From NCBI GenBank assembly GCA_051313645.2, contig JBNRSN020000001.1, positions 80,166,001 through 80,230,000 of the forward strand: a stretch of 64,000 nt of DNA, given 5' to 3'. The stretch comes from Centroscyllium fabricii. Its lineage: Eukaryota. The notes beneath the pieces were generated by a model. The model saw nothing but the letters and a program-made list of their open reading frames with translations, was not told the DNA's origin and ran no database searches. This document shows, one piece after another, positions 58,594-64,000 of this stretch (the stretch's first letter is position 1; every line of letters begins with the position of its first letter). Made by a program: the position numbers and the translations under genes.

Positions 58594-60516
58594 TCATTGG
58601 GTTTCCACGTGAGGGGCTGCGGTGCCTGCGGAACCGGTGGCCACCGCTGCCTTCCCCTGGGAAGCCATATACAACTTCATGGCCCCCAGCGTGGACTCAA
58701 TCGTCTCGGGACTTAAGGTTGCCCCGGCACCTCCTGTGGGAGCGGGTGCTCGGGTTGGGGCTACCTTCCCCTGGGAAGTCATATAAAACTTCATGGCTTC
58801 CAGCATGGACTCAATTGTTTCGGGACTTAGAGTGGCGCCGGCACCTCCTGTGGGAGTGGGTGCTCGGGCTGGGGCTGCGGGAGCTCTTTCCTTGACCTCC
58901 CTCCACGGGGCTCTACAGTCTCTGCGCCAGTGGCCTGCCTTCCCGCATCTATGACATGTAGACTGCCCCGGGTTGCCCCCCTCCTGATACCACTCTCTCT
59001 GCGCTGGGGCGTTTGCGTTAGTCGCATACACCTTCCCCTTATCGCAATGCATCACCGAACTTCTGGTATTTTTGTACCCAACCGTGAGTCGGTTGAGGAC
59101 CGTCTCCTCTGTGGTTAGAGCATCGGTGGGGTCAAACCACACCTTCGCCTGCTCTCTAACGGCGGGTAGGCTGTTGGCAACGATACACCGGAGCCACTGG
59201 GCTCTCCCGGCATCGCGCAGAACAGCCCGTGCAGGTACATCTGGGCAGCTGCGCTGATACACAGGCCACAGCCTCCCGGCGAAAACCCGTGGGGGTTCTC
59301 CCTCCATCTGCACGGTCCTACCCAGCCTTACAAACGGACCTTCATCGTCCATCCCTAATATTTCTAGGACCTCGTCCCGCAGGTCGTTATAACAATTCTC
59401 CCCCCTTTTGCTCTCGTCGGAGAGACACTGAAGGATAGAGCTATCCAACGAGAAAAGCAACATCCTGGCTTGCTCCCCTTCGTCACAGCCGTTAATTGCT
59501 GCGGCCTGTTCGACCTCCCTAAAATGCAGGGACGGATCGCCTGCTGCGGACAGCTTCTTGAAATGCCCTATCATACTCCTTATCTGTTGCGAGCTATGGG
59601 GCACTATAACCTCATTCAGGACGGGCCCGGGATCCCCAGCCGCAGTGTCGGGACCCCGCCTCGTCTCTCGAACCGGACACATGGGTGCCGGGTCTGGATT
59701 CCCCACTTTGGGAACCTTTGCCGCCACCTCCTCTCTGTCCCCTTTCTCCCATGCTTGCGTATAGTGGGGTGATCGCGCGGGGAGCGCGGGGGCTGGTGCC
59801 TCCGGCGCCCTCCTCCTTAACTTTGGCTTCGGGGGTTCCTGAGCTACCTTTACCTCACCCACCGATGGGTCGATGAGGCACACCAGACCATTTGACTTGT
59901 TCAGGGCCTCCCTGAGGTCCTGAATCTCCTTTAAACAGGCGCTATGATCGGCGTCCTCATATTTGGCCTCGAGGGACATTTTGTATGCTGCCCTCATCCC
60001 CAGTAAATCCTCCTCCTGTGCCTTCAATTGGCCACTTAGGCGGACGCACCTTTCCCTGAGCTTCCCTTCACTTGACATGGCCTCTACGACTTGTCTTTCT
60101 AGGAGCTCAACCCTAGCTTCGTGGCGGTTGGTCTTCACCTGGCGCTCATTATTTAGAGCCTCTAGCGCGGTGATTAACCGCTGCCCCCCTGAGACCTTTT
60201 CCTCCACTTCTAAGACCAACCCTTTTATCTGCGCGGTCTGCGCCGCAATCACCTGGTCCGAAAGCTGGACCTGCCTTTTATAACACATAAGCCATACGGC
60301 TTTCTCTACGGCCTTTTTATGCCCCTTGCTACCCGTCCAACGGATAGCTGCATCCAGTGGGCGTTTGTCTGCCAACAGGTCCCCAATCCACTGCTTTGTC
60401 AAATTAACTTTGCTGAATACATAATCAGCAATCCTTTCCTCCATTACGCTTCTTTTATTCAAAGCTGAGTCCAATAGATCTCTCTCCTGCTGCCAGCGTC
60501 CTGCCGCGGTCGCCAT
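58594..60516 (-). CDS. gag: Gag (640 aa): coiled-coil N-terminus, capsid-like region, single CCHC knuckle
   Basis: CHRCGKAGHWRRDC zinc knuckle; position between PBS and pol. Confidence 0.92.
   Translation of the reverse strand: MATAAGRWQQERDLLDSALNKRSVMEERIADYVFSKVNLTKQWIGDLLADKRPLDAAIRWTGSKGHKKAVEKAVWLMCYKRQVQLSDQVIAAQTAQIKGLVLEVEEKVSGGQRLITALEALNNERQVKTNRHEARVELLERQVVEAMSSEGKLRERCVRLSGQLKAQEEDLLGMRAAYKMSLEAKYEDADHSACLKEIQDLREALNKSNGLVCLIDPSVGEVKVAQEPPKPKLRRRAPEAPAPALPARSPHYTQAWEKGDREEVAAKVPKVGNPDPAPMCPVRETRRGPDTAAGDPGPVLNEVIVPHSSQQIRSMIGHFKKLSAAGDPSLHFREVEQAAAINGCDEGEQARMLLFSLDSSILQCLSDESKRGENCYNDLRDEVLEILGMDDEGPFVRLGRTVQMEGEPPRVFAGRLWPVYQRSCPDVPARAVLRDAGRAQWLRCIVANSLPAVREQAKVWFDPTDALTTEETVLNRLTVGYKNTRSSVMHCDKGKVYATNANAPAQREWYQEGGNPGQSTCHRCGKAGHWRRDCRAPWREVKERAPAAPARAPTPTGGAGATLSPETIESMLEAMKFYMTSQGKVAPTRAPAPTGGAGATLSPETIESTLGAMKLYMASQGKAAVATGSAGTAAPHVETQ
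60498..60515 (-). promoter_or_regulatory. Primer binding site, tRNA-Arg(TCG)
   Basis: The plus strand GTCCTGCCGCGGTCGCCA equals the 18-nt 3' end of vertebrate tRNA-Arg-TCG as I recall it. It lies 3 nt from the 5' LTR. Confidence 0.85.
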
Positions 60517-60518
60517 TC

Positions 60519-62230
60519 TGTAAGGAGCGTGCGCCGTATATTTTACTGTACGACTTGGGGTCCGTTACTGCCTTGCGCTAGCAGTCCGCTAGGCCTCGCG
60601 CAATAACCTCCTCCCCCGCGAGCGGTTCGAATCGCTCACTCTTTACGGTTCTAGACGTTGGACTTAGGTGCAGGAAGAGAGAGAGAGAGAGAGATATGGA
60701 TACCGATTGGACTCAGATATTTTATACTCGAATAAAAGTTTGTAAAGTTGGAAGGTTTTTATTACACCAAGAGATATATTTACAGCAGTCAGGATAAAGG
60801 TTTATTACACCAAGAGATATATTTACAGCAGTTAGGTTGTATTTCATCAGAGTGACACAGTATGATACATCCACAACTGTTTCCCAAACAGATATATATA
60901 GGTACATACACAGATAACTTATGGGATGGGGAACGCACGGCACAACGTAAATCGGGGCAATGACTCTATAAATACACCCCCTATAAACCACCCTTCCCTC
61001 TATTGCCTAGCTATGTCCAGGTGTGTAGGATCGAGGCACATGCTCACCACTCGGTAATACTCGGGATCTGCTACAAAGTTCCTCGCTTCTTCGGCTGCAG
61101 CGTCGGTCGTCACGTGGCTGTGGAAGATTCGGGAGTCCACTCGTTGTTTTCTCCCTTTGGGCGGCGGTCGCTCCTGCTCGGGCTGGTCCCGGACGGATTC
61201 CTCGAGGCTGCTCTATCTCCTCGCACCAACCGCACCGTCTCCCTGGCTGAACCGGACCCTGGGGTATGCCGATCCTGCCCTCTCAAGCCGAACTGTAACG
61301 GGCTGCTAGCCTGATTGTTCTCCCACTCTTCGAATGATGGTTTCTCTCGAGCCAACGGCAACCAGTCTTTTCTAACTCACTCACTTTGAATATTTGCTTC
61401 GCTAATGGGCCTCAGCAACTAACTACCTCACCGGCAATGGTTTTCCGATGCGATACTGCCCTGACCCAACTCTGCTGTCCTGCCAGAGCCTTCACCCTGC
61501 TTGCCCTGCGCCCAGAAAGCTGAACTGGAGTCTTCGAGAAAGACAGCCCACCCAAAGTCACTGCTAGACCTCACCGCTTCAAGAGGTCGCCTCCACGAGT
61601 CGATTCCAAGAGCCAAGAGATTCAAACCCCCCTCCTCCAGGGAGTCCAAGATGAAGAGAGATCGAACTGTGCAATGTCCTGCTAGTTATACCCCAAAGTC
61701 GAAATGCCTAATGTCTTTCCCATTAGAGCCTGTATTGTGTGTGGAAAGCGGTTACTGCACTCCTTTTGTCTAGCCAAGCCTGCCGGTAATAGTTTTGATG
61801 GTGGCTCTAACTTCTCCGGTTAGAGTCCCATTGTTTTCAAGGGTGCTAATCGCTTTCTGCTGGAAGGGTATACAATTTCTGTAGCTGGTTAAACGAGCCA
61901 GCTGCTTCGTTTTTGCAGTTGTTTTGGGTGTTTATTTAAACTGGGTGCATTTCTTTGTCGGGCTAATCGGTTTCTAAAAGGCAGGCTATCCATTTCCAGG
62001 TTTAACAGCGCCTTTATGTCTGGTTTCTTCGCAGGCTTTTCGAGTTGAGTTTTAGTTTCGGTTTTGCACTATGCCATGTGGTCCGGCGGCCATCTTGGAG
62101 GCCCCTTTTCTCTGATCAGGCCGCAGCCTGTCTTGTCTGTCATTGTCCAAATAAAAGAAAATGTGTATACTCCATCCTTCGTTTCTGGTCTTTGTGAATC
62201 CGATTTAACAGGGAATATTGCGACCTTACA
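60519..62230 (-). repeat. 5' LTR (1712 bp)
   Basis: Direct repeat of 51404-53115, followed on the minus strand by the PBS. Confidence 0.97.
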
Positions 62231-62234
62231 GCTT

Positions 62235-64000
62235 GCAGGACCCAAGAACCACACAGGAGCCGGAGAGACAGATAACACTTGTTTAATTAACACTACATAG
62301 CAAGAAAGAGACTGAACCACGAGGAGCAGGCTTATTTAAACTGCCCGCCTAGTGACCTCATCACACCGAGAGACGTGGTGATGTCATCGCGTCACCCGGT
62401 GGGCGGGGCTATGCCCCGCAGCATTCCCAAGGCGGATTCGCCAGCCGGCGTACCGCCACACAGCTCCCCCCAGAATCCGTCCGAGAGGAAAAAGAGTCTA
62501 TGTGAGGCGTTGTGGTGGCCGTAAGATGCGGCTGGCACATGTCGTGCATTGCTCCTGGTTCTGCGGTGGAGTGTGGGCGGGTGTTGGTGCGGGAGGGCGT
62601 CCGCGTTGAGGTGGTTGGGCGGGGACTGTCACGTCGCCCGCTATTACGTGTGCCGGTTTCAGCCGGTCGATTGAGATAGTTTCTGTCCGATTGCCCAGCT
62701 GTAGCTGAAAAGCTTTGGATCCCGCCCGAAGCACTCTGTAGGGGCCGTCATAAGGCGGCCGTAGAGGTGAACGGTGGGCATCGTGCCGGACAAACACGTA
62801 CTTTGCGTGCTTGATGCTGTCCGGTACACGTGCCGCCGGCTCTCCGTGCCGGGCCACCGGTAAGGGTGTGAACGCTCGTGCCGGGTTGGCAAAGTCCTTG
62901 AGGAACTGGTCGGCCGACCAGGGAGCGTTTGATTCAGCGAGGAACTCGCCCGGCACTCTTAAAGTCTGGCCGTAGACGAGTTCCGCTGCTGAGGCGTGCA
63001 AATCTTCTTTGGCCGCCGAGCGTACCCAAGGAAGACGGTCTGTCCATGATGCCTCTTTGAGGCAGGCCCGCAGGGATGCTTTCATGGAGTGGTGGAACCT
63101 TTCGCAGAGCCCGTTAGCTTGTGGGTGGTACGCGGTGGTTTGATGCAGGGTCACCCCGAGGTCGCGGGCGATGGCCGCCCATAGTGCCGACGTAAATTGG
63201 GGACCTCTGTCCGACGTGATGTCGGTGGGCACGCCGAAACGGGCGACCCAAGTGGCGATGGACGCCCTGGCCAAGTCCGTGGTGTTGGTAGCAACCAGGG
63301 GGACTGCTTCTGGCCAGCGAGTGTTGCGGTCGACCATGGTCATGACGTGTGTGTGACCCCGGGATGGCGGCAGTGGTCCGACGAGATCGACGTGGACGTG
63401 GTCGAAGCGTCTGGCTGGCACGGTAAATGTTTCCAGCGGGGCTTTAATGTGCTTGTGCACTTTGGCCCGCTGGCAGGCAATGCAGGCGTTGGTCCAGGCG
63501 CGGACGTCTTTGCGTAGGCCGCGCCACACGAAACGGGCCGAAATTAGTTTAATGGAGGCGCGGGTGCCGGGGTGGGACAGGCCATGGAGGGTCTTGAAAA
63601 TGTGCCGCCTCCATGCGTGGGGGACGACGGGTCTGGTCTGCGGTAATGATACGTCGCAGCAGACTACGGTGGCCGCGGGGCCATGTGCGATGTTGGCCAA
63701 GCGTAGGCCAGGGAGGTTTTCTGCTGGGTCGAGCAGGTCTGGGTCTGCCAGCTGGTCCGCTGCCAGCTTGGCGTAGTCGACCGCCATTTGGGTGGCATTA
63801 ATTGTGGGACGTGACAGGCAGTCAGCAACCACGTTGTCGCGGCCGGAGATGTGTTGGATGTCGGTAGTGAACTCCGACACGGCTGCGAGTTGGCGCTGCT
63901 GCCTGGCCGACCAGGGTTCAGCGATCTTAGCCATTGCAAATATGAGCGGCTTATGATCGACGAAAGCTGTGAAGGGACGGCCCTCCAGGAGGAAGTGAAA
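62235..64000 (-). mobile_element. Second CsRn1-like Gypsy element: RNase H end, integrase, PPT and 3' LTR (62235-62460, last 10 bp at 51394-51403)
   Basis: ORF 62498..63934 is highly similar to the 37519-38966 region. PPT CTGGGGGGAGCTG precedes an LTR starting TGTGGCGG. The element continues past the window edge. Confidence 0.93.

Larger units (their letters stand above)
51404..62230 (-). mobile_element. Full-length retrovirus-like LTR element (dual RNase H, env-less; loki/Odin-like or basal ERV), 10,827 bp
   Basis: 1712-bp LTRs, GCTT TSD (51400-51403 and 62231-62234), tRNA-Arg PBS, PPT, and uninterrupted gag and pol. Confidence 0.95.

Noticed and set aside
51404-62230. Endogenous foamy virus
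   Set aside because: Long LTRs, 4-bp TSD and YVDD fit, but the gag has a CCHC knuckle, pol is in frame with gag, the PBS is tRNA-Arg, and env and accessory genes are absent.
60722-62320. Short ORFs inside the LTRs
   Set aside because: All are about 100 aa or shorter, mostly with non-ATG starts and no motifs; their duplication only reflects LTR identity.

Overview
Vertebrate genomic DNA, almost certainly from a shark or ray: it carries HE1-type V-SINEs, HER1/CR1 LINEs and SacSINE1-like DeuSINEs. The only host coding sequence I can identify is one 111-nt exon of an intracellular FGF gene (best match FGF14 exon 2, + strand, 49666-49776), which the ORF track misses. The rest of the window is therefore most likely FGF14 intron, densely filled with CR1, L2 and RTE fragments, SINEs, PIF/Harbinger remnants and MITEs, Tigger-like MITEs, and Penelope termini with hammerhead-ribozyme motifs. 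There are three LTR elements. (1) A complete 4.45-kb CsRn1-clade Gypsy at 34802-39256 (+), with one integrase frameshift. (2) A second CsRn1-like copy (-) that runs off the right edge. (3) The highlight: an apparently intact, very young 10.8-kb retrovirus-like element at 51404-62230 (-). It has 1712-bp near-identical LTRs, a tRNA-Arg PBS, gag joined in frame to pol by a CAA-TGA-CTA readthrough context, retrovirus-type pol architecture (degenerate RNase H tether plus a second intact RNase H) and no env. It is nested at the tip of element 2's LTR. Family assignments come from motif recognition by eye; no database search was run.
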